This document shows, in pieces, positions 1-12,982 of a DNA stretch of 64,000 nt. A program made the translations under genes and the position numbers. The stretch is from Mobula hypostoma. Lineage: Eukaryota. The DNA is taken from NCBI RefSeq assembly GCF_963921235.1, contig NC_086097.1, positions 139,006,001-139,070,000 of the forward strand, given 5' to 3'. Numbering within the stretch: the first letter of the stretch is position 1; every line of letters starts with the position of its first letter. The notes under the pieces were generated by a model. The model saw only the letters and a program-made list of their open reading frames with translations, had not been told where the DNA came from and did not search any database.

Positions 1-3000
1 TGGATTAGTAGATGTGACACGTTCAGTGTCAGTGGAAAGAAGTGTCTTTCCACAGAGAAACGCTATCTTAAATGAGTGTTGGTGTGTGGGAGGAAGATAT
101 TAACGTAACACAAGGAAAGCAGAAATTCTCCTCTGGTGCTGACAGGGGAAGGGGCCTGGAACTTCTCTGACAGAGCCAAACAGAAAACAATAAAACACAT
201 CTTGCTGGAGCATCAAAGCGCTTACCATGCACACCATTACTAAACTTGCTGAGTGGTTTGCACGTTAAGCAATGCAGATACAACAAGTAGTATTGCTTTG
301 GAGCTTGCAGTCAAATTATTCTGCTGAACAGTTTCCTCAGCAGAAATAACCCCTTCACCTCAACATCATCATTATTTTGGATTTTTTAATTAACTATCAC
401 ATTATCTCACCAGATAGTGGCAGTGCCCCTAATTAACAGCACAAGGTCTCTTGTACCAATGGAATGTTATGTCCACCAAACTCAAGTTCAACTGATCAGT
501 CTATTATTACATATTTTAATGCAGCAAAATTTTTTAAAAATGTATTTTTCCTTTCTGCCTCTAAATATGACCTCTACATCCTCCTGGTTCACCATCTTTC
601 TCCATGAAGTCGGTGTCTACAATATTCAGAGTCACACTGCAGTCTCACTTAAGTAGGAGATTGTGTGTACATTGTGTGAAGAAAAGGTGCCTTTGAATAT
701 TTTAGGAAAGACATGTTTGAAGTGCAATCACTGTTTCAATGTAGGACAGATAGTAGGTAGGCTTTGCACACTCAGCTGAACAACAATGTTCACTGATGAT
801 GACTGAAGATTAGCCTATCTCCAGGCTCCTCAATGGTATCGTAACATCCATCGAAGAGCCAGAACTAGAGACCCTCCTCACCAAGTTTTGACTCCAAAGC
901 CCACAGTCACAGTCACAGCCAACAGGAATGTCAGCATTTTCAGAAATATATTATTCTCAGTCAATGTTCCCTTGACAACATTATGATGTCAGGCAAATCA
1001 TATCTTGGTCTTCTATTGGCAAATATACAAGCCATGAGATAATCCAGTAACCCATTCACCCAAGTAGGGTGACAGCTTATGCCATGCTCTGAATGTAGTG
1101 ATGTACTAACACATCAGGCAGGGAATGACGTCTGTTTCTTCCAACCTACATAATTGCCCTATGCATTGCGACTCAACAATTGCACTGAATTTGTATCTCT
1201 GTATAGTCGCATTCCAAATAAATTCCTTCTCCAAGAATGTGGTGCTAACACACTAGACAGCAGACATTGCCATTTGGTGGAAGGGGTAACACTAGTCAGC
1301 ATGTTGAAATTGCTCTCTCCCATTGCACATGAGGCTCAGCACTTTTTTCAAAATTCTAGCGTAGTTGAGATTGATGTTTTATGCACATGAACGAAGGATT
1401 TCAGTGATGTGCACAGTCTGAAAGAGTTTGGAAATATTTAGCAGCAGGTTCCCAATTATGATAAAGAAATGGTTTTGATAGGACATGCCTCTGTTTGCTC
1501 ATTATAACACCTCCTCGGAGTGAAGAGATCTTTGTTATTTTATGGCCAAAAACACAAACCTGTTTTTCTCCAGTGTCTTTGGTAACTTCAGTATGTCCCT
1601 GAGCATTTCACAGCTGAAAACAGCAACCACCTTCATGCAGTGGTTAATTAAAGCACAACAAGCATGCGGTAAATTTTGGATCCAATACACAGCTGAAAAC
1701 TGCCTTGTTCTCCTTCAATAGACTAACTAACTTCTCACTGAAGGGTCTTTGGTAAAACAGAATGATATACAGTTTATCAGCTCACTTGCATTATAGCTTT
1801 AAGCATACTTTTCCTGACCACTGAGATTAATTGTACTCATCCTCCACCCACTGCTTTCAAAATCTCCATGTACCTTCTGTTACTTTCATTAACTCCACAC
1901 TCCTTATATTCTCTCCACTTTTATTTTATACCTTAGGCAAACATTTTTTGTTGAAAAGTAAGAAGCAGCTTTTATACCAAAGGTAGAAAACTGCATTTAC
2001 AATAATTTCGAAGTGGAATGTAATGTACTGAAGGTTATATATTAGCAGGGTAGTTAATTGTGATGTGTCAGGCACAGGGATTTTACAGTTACCATTACTG
2101 GCTTAATGCCAGCATGAGGAAAAATCCGGGCAACTCTGGCAGACATATTATTTCCTTGTTCCTGGAACAGTAAGAAATTACAACAGGAAGCAGTCTTATT
2201 TGATGAAATGGCACCAAGAAATAATGAGCACTAGGAAATGTAATGGGTTTCTGTGGCAAATAGAACACTGGGGTCCAAAGGACAGGAAGCTTCTGAACAG
2301 GGAGTCAGATCTCCAGACACCCACTGTGAGCATACAGCCCTTCAATACTTCATAGATAATTTGGCATCATTGAAGAATTACACCCTATGTTTTCACTACA
2401 CCTACAAGAAAATGGAAAGATGGGGAGGAAGTTGAAAGAAAAAAACTGAAGATCAAAGTTTCTCTAATGCTGATTGCTTATTTGGACCTCAGCAGTCAGT
2501 TGTGAGTGACTAGAACTCTCACAGCTCTGGATCAGCCAGAAACCCCCAAGGGAAATCTGAAATATGGCAAACACAGGAATAAATCTACAAATGGTTCTTC
2601 ACAAAGCTGAATGTCCTGCTTTAAAAGCTCATATCAGAAAACTGCAGATCCAACAGTTTCCACCTAGTGATCTCAGTGCGAGGAGAGGTGTGCAATTCTC
2701 AGAAACGTGCTCCCAGGAACACGTATCTCTGTACCAGCAGTTAACATTTAGAAAGTTGTTTTTTTTTAAAAGAATGAACTTATTAAAAATGAAAAATTAT
2801 CTTAACCTTAATCTAGTTGTTTTCAGCTAAGGCTTTTGTTGGGAATGTCCTTTCAATTAATGTATAGAAATGTAATAGAAAGCAGACATGCATTCAGGAT
2901 TTCTTTTCTTATAGTTCCTGTTGAAAAAAATTACCTGCTACATAAATACAACCAAACTATCTAATTATAATTCACCACACAAGGCAGAGGTAGGACCTGC

Positions 3001-3719
3001 TCAACAGAACAACATCTATTTGCATTGAGTTAACAATTCCGCTCATGCTTTGTAGGAGTGTCATGAAACAAAATCTGACTGCATCCAGTAAGGTTTAAGA
3101 AGATTTAGTATAAACAGATTCAAAAAGCAGATTTTAAAGAGCTTTTCCAGACAGGCAGAAAGAAAGGGAGATATTTCAAAAAGAAAGACATTTGTGGACA
3201 GAATCCCAAAGTTGAGAATCTGCTGAGTTGACGGCACACCCACCAAATCCAAGGATCCAAGGGTAACCAGGAGGCTTGAGATAGAGGAGTGCAGGTACCT
3301 TCATGATGATAAAGCTAACTAATATCACAGAGATAGGGAGGAATCAACAACAGAAAATCATGAGAAGTTGAGGCATTTCTTAATGGGTCAAGACAGAGCT
3401 AACTGGTGAATGAGCTTCAAACAGCTGTCAGAGGGAAGGTGTCATTGGATTGAGCAGGAAGTTCATGACTGTGTCCAAAGGCTTCAAATTCCCAGTACTT
3501 GGATGGAGGAAAATCAGTTAATCTGTAGCACCTTTTGAGGGTGGGCGAGGCTAGATTGGGGAGGTTACACAAGTCTCCATAATTATTAACACTGGGTCGA
3601 TATTAATAACACTAACACACAGAATTAGGCTATTCAGCCCATCAAGTCTCCTTTGCCATTCCATCATGGCTGATTTATTATCCCTCTCAATATTTCCTGT
3701 ATGCTTCCTGTAATACCAT

Positions 3720-4250
3720 CAAGGACTTCCTCCTTGATGGTAACAGTGAGAAGAGGACATGTCCTCGATGATGGGAGTCCTTAATGATGGATGCCACCTT
3801 TTTGAGGCATCACCTTTTGAAGATGTTCTCGATGTTAGGGAGGCTAGTGCTCATGATGGAGCTGGCTGAGTGGACAACTTTCTGCAGCTCTTTCCGATCC
3901 TGTGCAGTGGCCCCATCATACCAAAAGGTGATGCCACCGGTTAGAGTACTCTCCATGGTACATCTGTAGAAACTTGCGAGAATCTTTGGTGATATACCAA
4001 TTCTCTTAAAACTCCCAATTAAATATAGCCACTGCCATGTTTTCTTTGTAACTGCATCAATGTGTTTGGCCCAGGATAGATCTTCAGAAATATTGACACC
4101 CAGAAACTTGAAACTGCTCGTCCTTTCTATTGTTGATCCCACCACGAGGTCTGGTATACGTCCTCTCAATTTCCTCTTCCTGAAGTCCACAATCAATTCC
4201 ATGGTCTTACTGACGATGTGCAAGATTGTTGTTGAGACACCACTCAACTA
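3720..4250 (-). mobile_element. Rex1/Babar-type LINE RT fragment
   Basis: ELIVDFRK...FKFLGVNISEDLSW...FYRCTMESTLTGGITFWY. Confidence 0.85.
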
Positions 4251-4539
4251 CTCTGCACTGCTGTCACAGAGGGTTTAACATATAAGCGCTAGAGACAAAG
4301 CTGAAAATTTGCAACACAATCCAGTCAGGAGTGTTGAATTGATGATTGGTCTCAGCTTCCTCTGGAATTCTCCATCATTACAGGAACTAGTCTCCAGCCA
4401 ATTCTGTTCATCCAACATGACATCTAGAACACTGGGTACAGGAAAGGCTATGGGAACAGACATTCTATTGCAGAACTGAAGATCTACAATCTGTAACTAG
4501 CTGTGCCTCAAGCCAAGCTCTTGATAAATGTGCACAGAT

Positions 4540-6375
4540 AAAACCCAATAAACTGTGCAAATACAAAAAGAGAAGAAAAAAAACCCAATAATAATAAACA
4601 AATAAGTAATAATTATCGAGAATGTGAGATGATGAGTCCTCGAAAGTGAGTCTAGATCAGCAATGGGACGAGTGAAGTAATCAACTCTGGTTCAAAAACA
4701 TTTTGGTTGAAGGGTAGTAACAATTTCTGAACTTGATGGTGCAGGTCCTGAGGTTCCTGTATCTTCTTCCTGATGGCAGCGGCGTGAATAATTCATAGCC
4801 TGGATGGTGGGGGTCTTTGATAATGAATGCTTTCCTGGGACTCAGTGTAGGTGAGCGCAGTGATGGGGAGGCCTTTACCTGTGATGGACCGGGCTATATC
4901 CACTACTTTTTGAAGGCATTTCTATAAAGGGACATTGGTGTTTCCTTAACAGGCTGTGATGCAACCAGCAATATACTCTCTACCACACATTTATAGAAGT
5001 TCGTCAAAGTTTTAGATTACATGCCAAGTCTTCACAGACTTCTAAGAAAGTAGAGGTGCTGCCGTGCTTTCTTCGCAATGGCATTTACATACAGGACCCA
5101 GGACAGATCCTCTGAAATAATAGTACTGTGAAACTTAAAGTTGTTGACCCCCTCCAACTCTGATTCCCCCATGTGGAATGGCACATCAAACTTCCATTTC
5201 CTCTTTCTGAAGTCAATAATTTTCTCCTTGGGTTTGCTGACATTGAGTGAGAAATTGTTGTGGCACTATTCAGCCAGATTTTCAATCTCCCTCTTATATG
5301 CTGATTCATCACCACCCTTGATTTTGGCCAACGACAGTAGTGTTGTTGACAAATATGTCATTGGTGCTGTGCTTAGTCTCACAGTCAATAGACAATAGAC
5401 AATAGGTGCAGGAGTAGGCCATTCGGCCCTTCGAGCCAGCTTTGCCATTCACTGTGATCATGGCTGATCATACACAATCAGTATCCAGTTCCTGCCTTAT
5501 CCCCATAACCTTTGATTCGGCTATCTTTAAGAGCTCTATCCATCTCTTTCTTGAAAGCATCCAGAGACTTGGTCTCCACAGCCTTCTGGGGCAAAGCGTT
5601 CCATACATCCACCACTCTCTGGGTGAAAAAGTTTTTCCTCAATTTCGTTCCAAGTGGCCTACCCCTTATTCTTAAACTGTGGCCTCTGGTTCTGGACTCA
5701 CCCATCAGCGGGAACATGCTTCCTGTCTCCAGCATGTCCAATCCCTTAATAATCTTATATGTTTCAATAAGATCCCCTCTCAGCCTTCTAAGTTCCAGAG
5801 TATACAAGCCCAGTCGCTCCAATCTTTCGACATATGACAGTCCCGCCATCTCGGGAATTAACCTTGTGAACCTACGCTGCACTCCTTCAATAGCAAGAAT
5901 GTGCTTCCTTCCAGTCATAAGCACAAACGTATAAAGTGACGACAGTGGACTAAGCACACAGGCTTGTGGTGCATCTGTGCTGAGGGAGATCGTGGAGAAG
6001 GTGTTGTTGCCAATCTGAACTGACTGGGATTGACAAGTGAGGAAATAGAGCACCCAGTTGCATAAGGAGGTATTGAAGCCTAGGACTTGAAGCTTATTGA
6101 TTAGTTTTGAGGGGATGATAGTATTGAATACAGAGCTGTAGTTAATGAAGAGCTTCCTGATGTATGCACCTTCCTGTCCAGATTTTCCAGGACTGAGAGA
6201 AGAGCCAATGTAAAGGCATCTGCTGTTGTGACATTAGGCAAACTGGAGTGGATCCAAGCCACTTCTCAGGTAGGAGTTGATATTTTTCATAACCTACCTC
6301 TCAAAGCACTTCATCACAGTGGATGTAAGTGCTACTGGATGATAATCATTGGGGCAGGTTATCACGTTCTTCTTA
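4540..6375 (-). mobile_element. Degraded Rex1/Babar-type LINE containing a nested CR1 3' fragment
   Basis: [10 protein letters not shown] and GGDESAYKREIENLAE pieces flank the CR1 insertion. Confidence 0.8.
5386..5910 (-). mobile_element. Young CR1 3' fragment
   Basis: [13 protein letters not shown]...[11 protein letters not shown]...FFTQRVV; (CTATTGT)n tail; a near-identical shorter copy lies at 14538-14760. Confidence 0.9.
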
Positions 6376-6789
6376 GAATCTTAGGACATGCTCAGGACAT
6401 ACTGTAGGACTTCACTCACCCTCAGCAATGACCTTCCTTCCATCAAAACATCAGCCGTTCAGTAATGATTGTGCATCAACAGCTCCTCAGCAAGTAAAGC
6501 AGCCCACATCGCTATGCAGCAACACCGAAGCAGCATTCAAGCACAGGCTGATAAGGAGTAAATAAGAGTCAAGAAGTGCCAGGCAACAGACATCTCCAAC
6601 AAGTGAATCAGGCAACCTAGTCTTGGCATCCAAAAAATATATATAATTGACAAGTCCCTTGCTATTAATATTCTGAGAGTTATCATTGACCATAAGCTTA
6701 ACTTGACAAGCAATTTAAATAAGTGGCTGCAAGAACAGCTTAGAGTCTAGGTTTCTTGTGAATGACTATCTGAACAGTTCAAAGCTGTT

Positions 6790-7110
6790 TCCCCATCCGC
6801 ACAGCACAAATCAGATGTGATGGAATAGCCTCCATTTGCCTGGATGAGTGCAGCTCCAAAACTCTCAAGGTGCTCAACACCACCCAGAACGGCCTACCTA
6901 AGGATTACACCATCCACCATTCATGCCCTCCATCACAGCACACTGGCTGCAGTGTGCATCAACTTAATTGTCCAGATTTCCAATAACCTTAATCTCCATC
7001 TGACACAGCAATCAAAGAGAGCTCACTCACCCCACCTCCTCAAGCATAAACTAAGGATGGGCAACAAACACTGGCCTTCTCAGTAATAACCAGGTCCTCC
7101 AAAAATGAAT
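6790..7110 (+). mobile_element. Ancient CR1-group LINE 3' fragment
   Basis: PFAWMSAAPK.L remnant and tail GGATGGGCAACAAACACTGGCCTT; related copies at ~33690-34050 and ~47740-48340. Confidence 0.55.
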
Positions 7111-8569
7111 CTACTACGTAAGCTCTATGATATGAATGCAGACTCCCAGTATATCCTTGCTTCCTTCTTCTCTTATATATGCAGATGAGCTTCCCCTTAT
7201 TCTTCTCCATTGATACTCCATCAGTCACCCCAACCTTCCACATTCTCACGTCTGCAAAGAACTCACTCAAATCCTTTTCTTATAGACCAGCTTATTTGCA
7301 GCCTGAGTTCAAGTGAGATCTGTGAAGAGCTGCCAGATGACTCTGTGCCTCTACTTCACTTAGATTTTCATTTCTCAAATGTTAGTCTGACCTCCATGAT
7401 CCATGCCCACTACATTTGATTATCACCACTGCAGGAGCTGCCCAAACCTCCAAATTTAAGACAGTTGGAACTCTGACTCCATCAAGCAAATACATTGATG
7501 ACTGTGTCTTGCAAATGCAGAAGCGGCTCTTGTGGTGCAAACTGAAGAAGGCTTACTGATTGAAAACAAATCACAACATAACCCAAATGATTAAAACCAT
7601 GCAAAGCACTCCTGCAAGAACTGAAGGGGTGGAATGAAACACAAGCCAGGTAATAAAATGGCAGACTCCAAATGTGCCAAACCATTCCAATAATCACTGG
7701 CTAGTGTGGTCATGGTGATTTCCACAGTGTGAGACCAAAGGTGATTCAGTACCACACCAAAATGAATGGCACCTATGAACTAGGATTGATGTTTCACCAG
7801 GGCACAAAAACAGTTGGTTTACACGAACAAAAGTCAATTAAGTTTTTGTCTTGCCAATTTTTCTTTGAAAACATAAGAGTGTGGAGGCTGTCTACATTCA
7901 CACAGAGTGTATTAAATACAGACATTTCAGCAACACTGACAAAATTCCTTATTATTTTAACCCATTATGAGCATGTGACAATCAGTTATTGCCAGTCCCA
8001 CACATCCAAGCTACAGTGGCTTGACAAGATACAGCAAAGGGCACTTAAGAGACAACAATGTTGTGAAATTGAGACATATGCTGTCCCAATGTTGAGGCTC
8101 AATTTAGGAAAAAATATGCATTTCTTTTGAGACAGGGCATTTACGAGTCATTTTGATTTTATTTCATTCAGCTACTTTGGCAGGGTACTGCACAGTGAGA
8201 TCTAATTGGAGAGGCAAGATTAAAAGAGAAATGAAAATAAAGCCTATTGGGATTGGTGGATATTGGTTAGAGGAAGAAATTTTAAGAGCTTTCATGTCTA
8301 TTCATGGAGCAAGCATGGGCACATTACACAGAATTTAACATCAAAATGATAGGACAATATTTCCAAACATATTACAGATTCTTACCACTGTGACAAAGAA
8401 TAAATTGCATCTATTTAAACTATGTACATGATGATCTAAGAACAACCTCACCTGAAGCATAAAGCCCTGGATACTTTAGTAGGTTAAGTCATGCAACATT
8501 CAAATATGTGGGATGTGTATGTATCATTTTGTGCTGAGATTCAAATAATTTTCACTTATTGTCATTGAT

Positions 8570-8890
8570 GACCATACTATGTCCCAAAGAGGTTACAGCT
8601 AATGAAGTATCTTTGAAGTGTAGTCTCCTAATGTAGGAAGCATAGTGACAAATTTGTACATAGCAAGCTCCCACAAACAGCAATGTGAAATATTGACAGA
8701 TAATCCATACTTAGCTATTGATTGAGAAGCCAATTTTGTCCCAGATCACTGAGTAGAACTCCTCTGCTCTTTAAAAAGTACCATTATATCTTTCACCTCC
8801 ACCTGAGGGACAAACGGGACCTTTATTTAATAATTTCACCTAAACTTGGCATCTTCATCAGTGTAATCGTCCTGAAGTACCGCCCATCCA
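8570..8890 (-). mobile_element. Ancient DeuSINE / SacSINE1-like SINE
   Basis: Motifs GCAAGCTCCCACAAACAGCAATGTG and CCACCTGAGGGACAAACGGGAC resemble the shark Deu-domain SINE as I recall it. Related copies at ~29740-30075 (-), ~50250-50510 plus 51335-51495 (+), ~52020-52255 plus 53645-53690 (-), ~61600-61720 (+). Confidence 0.65.
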
Positions 8891-11038
8891 TCATTGCAGT
8901 ACTCCCAAGGCATTGCCAATGTTGTCTCCTTGTGGTACTGCTTCCACATCAATGCACTGATTGTGCTGTACCCAATGTACATTCTTCAGCGCTCTCCCTC
9001 CCAGTGTTGCCTCTTTCACAATGCAATACTCTCACAGTAATGCCTTCTTCTCGACTACCTCTTCTCGAGCATCTTCTTCCTTCCAATAATACAGTCAGTT
9101 TTACTACACTATGGGACTAAACACACTACAGAACCAGTTAGTGTTTGCCTGCAGGGTGGAAGTAGAGCATGCGTATCTTCTGACTCAGATATGTATGTGC
9201 TTTCTCTGAGCTACAATCCTCACCCAAGGGAAACTGCCAACCATTTATTGCCAGGTTCATGTGTCTGGTTCAGTGGCTTGTGGGTCTCAAGCACCTTCAC
9301 AGCCCAGTAAGATGCAGCAATGCAGGAATAAACATCAATAGCACCCAGGCCACATGAGTGTGTTGGAAAGGTTAATAGTTCAAGCCAAAGAGCTTTCATA
9401 TGATGACAGGTCATTGGCTGGAATGTTATGTTTCTGTTTCTTCAGATGCTAACCTGAAGATTTCAAGCTTTTTAAATTTCAATTATACAGCACCTGCTGC
9501 TTCCATTTAGCTATGTAACATATACAGTAATTACATTTCAGAAGCACCTCATTATTGTTTGACTTCATTTTATGTACAAACCCTTTTGAACTCCTGAAGT
9601 TATTGTGATGTAATAGTTTGTAATAGCCTATTAATGTCCCGAAATCAGACCCGATAGAGGTTAGGATAGGAGACCAGGATTTACATCATACCTTTCTACT
9701 TTCTCCGGATGTGTCGACAAACTTATGTGCAAGAGACTAACTGTGCAAAAATGCAAGCTACTATTACTGCACTCCTGAGGGACTTAATGTGCGTACACCA
9801 GTGAGCCATTGTAGACTATACTATTTCAGTAGTAGTCAAGCCATTTTGTAGAAGTGACAGTTACTCACTACTCACTTATGAAGAAGGTTGGAACATTTTC
9901 ACAAGAGTGTCTTGACAGCCTCCATAAATTTCTCTAACATCTGTTTAGATCTAAAACTTGGTAACTGGCACTGTTATCTTCAATGTACGGCTTCTTGTGA
10001 CTCAGCTGGAAATCTTTTCCTGGAGGTTGAAGAGATTGATAGATCGTACAAATCAAACATGGCATGCCCCTGGTTTATCGGAAGCTGTAAATCAAGTTTG
10101 TGAACAATGTATGATATGTATTTTATTAAAATCCAAGGAAACTAGTGAAGGTGGACAGATCTTACTCCATCCCCTGATGGACCGTTCTTGTATTTACAGG
10201 TGGACTTTGTAGAATTACCTCCGTGTGAAGGATAGAAATATGCATTGCTCATTATTGATATTTTTATTCCATGATGGGTTGAAGCATTTCCTTGTAGAAA
10301 GAATGATGCAATTACAGTGGCTAAATATTTATTGAAGGAAATCACCCCAAGGTTTGGGATCCCTTGGACACTGTCTGGCAACAACAGTACACACTTTACT
10401 GGGAAAGTAACAGTAGTATGCAAGGCCTTATAGATTGGCCAACATTTCCATTGTAGCTACCATCCTCAGTCGGCAACCTCAATAGATGAATGGAATGATT
10501 AAAAACAAGCTTGGTAAAATGTATGAGGAAACTTCATTAAGGTGGAAACATATTACCTTTGGTCCTTATGACAATTAGGGCCACAGCCAATAGATCCACT
10601 CAGTTGTTCCCCCACAAAATCATAATGGGACAGTCATTGTGCCTGACGTCTGATGCACCACGAGGAGTTAAGTAAACTGACATACATAACTTGGATGAAA
10701 GGATGTTGGCCTAATGTGTATTCTTGACAAAAAGTAGCACCAAGTATCAACAGGTGAAGGAAGCACAACAACCGATGGCTGACACAAAGTGTCGCAACGT
10801 AGAGCCTGGATATTACATGGCTGTCTGGACATCTAAGAGGAAGAATTATTTGAAACCTCGGTTTTAAGGACCATTCTGGGTACTGGTGGTGACTAATATA
10901 GCTATCAAGGTAAGAGGGAAACCATCGTGGATACACATCTCGCACTGTGAGCCAATAAAAACAAGAACCCTCAACACCACACTGATCGCCCTGTTCGTAC
11001 TGGCAATGCTGGAACTAACTGAAGTCTTGGTATATACT

Positions 11039-11245
11039 TGGCGTGGCCAAGTGGTTAAGGTGTTTGTCTAGTGATTTGAAGGTTACTAGTTCGAGCCTTG
11101 GCTGAGGCAGGATGTTGTGTCCTTGAGCAAGGCACTTAACCACACATTGCTCTGCGACGACACCGGTGCCAAGCTGTATGGGTCCTAATGCCCTTCCCTT
11201 GGACAACATCAGTAGCGTGGAGAGGGGAGACTTGCAGCATGGGCA
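11039..11245 (+). mobile_element. tRNA-derived SINE (CORE-like body) inserted in ERV A
   Basis: A-box TGGCCAAGTGG, B-box GTTCGAGCC, CORE-like GTCCTTGAGCAAGGCACTTAAC; its 3' part recurs at ~60137-60255. Confidence 0.75.
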
Positions 11246-11886
11246 GGACAGGACAGACACGGATTGCCATTATGAGCGCTTTAATGGATGGCACGTTCCC
11301 CACTTTAAGCATGATTGGCATAGCCAGAATAAGTATGAAACTGTCCAGCACAGTGGCCAAGGGCATTGATCAGATAACCCGTCACTGCACTTGAAAGGGC
11401 AAGGACCTCTATCTGAGCAGCAGTAAAGGCACATGCATGGAATTGACAAATCTCACTACTCCGTGTCTGCTGAATGGCACTTATTGGGTATGTGGTTGCC
11501 GTGCATGTTTCCCGAGTAGGAGGGGAAGTGGAGGGCTGCTGGTTATCTTGCCTAATTAGTCCCCCACAAATGACAGTTGGCATCATTACCTCACCATCCT
11601 CAGCACCAAAGATCCATTACAGAGGCAGAGAGATTCTGAATGATGGCCTTTCTGGAATGTGGGACTGTGAGATTGCCCTGGGAACTGATTAACGTAACTT
11701 CAGCTTTGGAGAAGTTAGCAAATGAAACTACATTTGCCCTTGATTACGTCCAAGATGCCGGCAGAACTAATGGCTGTTTGTACAGTAGCAATGCAGAAAG
11801 AATGCTATTATACTCAGGGAGGAGGATAGTGACCATTCAAAGCGCTGGGAGGATGGTGGGCAACTATTCTGTACTATGGTATAACT

Positions 11887-12364
11887 TAAGCACGAGGAAT
11901 TCTGCAGATGCTGGAAATTCAAGCAACACACATCAAAGTTGCTGGTGAACGCAGCAGGCCAGGCAGCATCTCTAGAAAGAGGTACAGTCGACGTTTCGGG
12001 CCGAGACCCTTTGTCAGGACTAACTGAAGGAAGAGCTAGTAAGAGATTTGAAAGTGGGAGGGGGAGGGGGAGATCCAAAATGATAGGAGAAGACAGGAGG
12101 GGGAGGGATGGAGCCAAGAGCTGGACAGGTGATTGGCAAAAGGGATATGAGAGGATCATGGGATAGGAGGCCCAGGGAGGGCAAAAAAGATATGAGAGGA
12201 TCATGGGACAGGAGGCCCAGGGAGGACAAAAGGATATAAGAGGATCACGGGACAGGAGACCCAGGGAGGCAAAAGGGATATGAGAGGATCATGGGACAGG
12301 AGGCCCAGGGAGGGCAAAAGGAATATGAGAGGATCATGGGACAGGAGGCCCAGGGAGGGCAAAA
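11887..12364 (-). mobile_element. Penelope pseudo-LTR fragment with mutated hammerhead (CTGACAA, 11986-12021) and an internal tandem repeat, inserted in ERV A env
   Basis: Same terminal sequence as 58904-59200; TSD GGTATAACT (11878-11886 / 12365-12373); the uninterrupted env site is visible in copy B. Confidence 0.85.
12136..12364. repeat. Minisatellite, about 45-46 bp unit, about 5 copies
   Basis: Unit GGCAAAAGGGATATGAGAGGATCATGGGACAGGAGGCCCAGGGAG repeated in tandem. Confidence 0.9.
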
Positions 12365-12620
12365 GGTATAACTATTGGTATTATAATAATGTTTGATAAT
12401 TCTTTTATGAGTTTTGTGTGAAATAACAGGATGAAGGAGAGAATATTAAAGAAAGGAATGGGTATTCATTGAAGTGGACGGATAAAAAGAGATAATTCTT
12501 AGAGAATTATTAGACACTTAGAGCTTTGAAACCGCATCATTGCTATATACGTATATACATATTTCAATTACTGTATTTGGTGAAATGTAGAGTTGTCATG
12601 AAATGACAAAAAGGAGGGAA

Positions 12621-12982
12621 CGTGAAAATGTATTTTACTTGTAGTAACAAAATGGAACCTGTATTGTACCAGAGTGCTTTGCTAATTGTGTTCATGCAAC
12701 ATTATACTGATGGATCTTGAGTATATGACAAAATGCAGAAAGACAAGCAGATTATGTTAATGGAAGAATGCCAAGAACACTGATTATGCAGATGTCCTTG
12801 AACTGAAGCTAACGTTTAGGTATAAAGGAGTGATTATGTGGTCCTTTTTCTCCCCCAAAGCTATCACCAGCTCTTCTGCAGTGATGGTCTTCCCTTTCAG
12901 CAAGTAAAATAAGCGCACTTCTGATTGATCCAATCTGAGTTAATTGTTGTTTGCTATAAAAAGTAGCGAAAGGTGCTTGACA
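12621..12982 (+). mobile_element. 3' LTR of ERV copy A
   Basis: Directly follows the PPT; TATAAA at 12821-12826; ends GGTGCTTGACA; aligns by eye with both LTRs of copy B. Confidence 0.82.

Larger units (their letters stand above)
9625..12982 (+). mobile_element. Degraded class I (gamma/epsilon-like) ERV, copy A (5'-truncated: protease, integrase, env, PPT, 3' LTR)
   Basis: Frameshifted integrase motifs (LQVDFVELPP, WVEAFPCRKNDA, PRFGIP, HCSYHPQS, GPFWVLVVTNIAIKVRGKPSWIHISHC at ~10050-10960); env-like NGTYWVCG (~11470) and TM segment LEKLANETTFALD (~11700); PPT AAAAAGGAGGGAA 12608-12620; homologous along its length to 36299-47190. Confidence 0.88.

Noticed and set aside
1..3600. Short ORFs (e.g. 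417-656, 1154-1390, 2564-2830) as exons of a neighbouring gene such as TRHR, which flanks NUDCD1 in mammals
   Set aside because: No recognisable protein similarity or consistent splice structure.
5478..6053. 191-aa ORF appearing to fuse two RT types
   Set aside because: Chance in-frame junction of a CR1 insertion within a Rex1-type LINE, not a real chimeric gene.
12136..12364. Regularly spaced repeats superficially like a CRISPR array
   Set aside because: The units are contiguous with no unique spacers; this is a minisatellite expansion inside a Penelope terminus in eukaryotic DNA.
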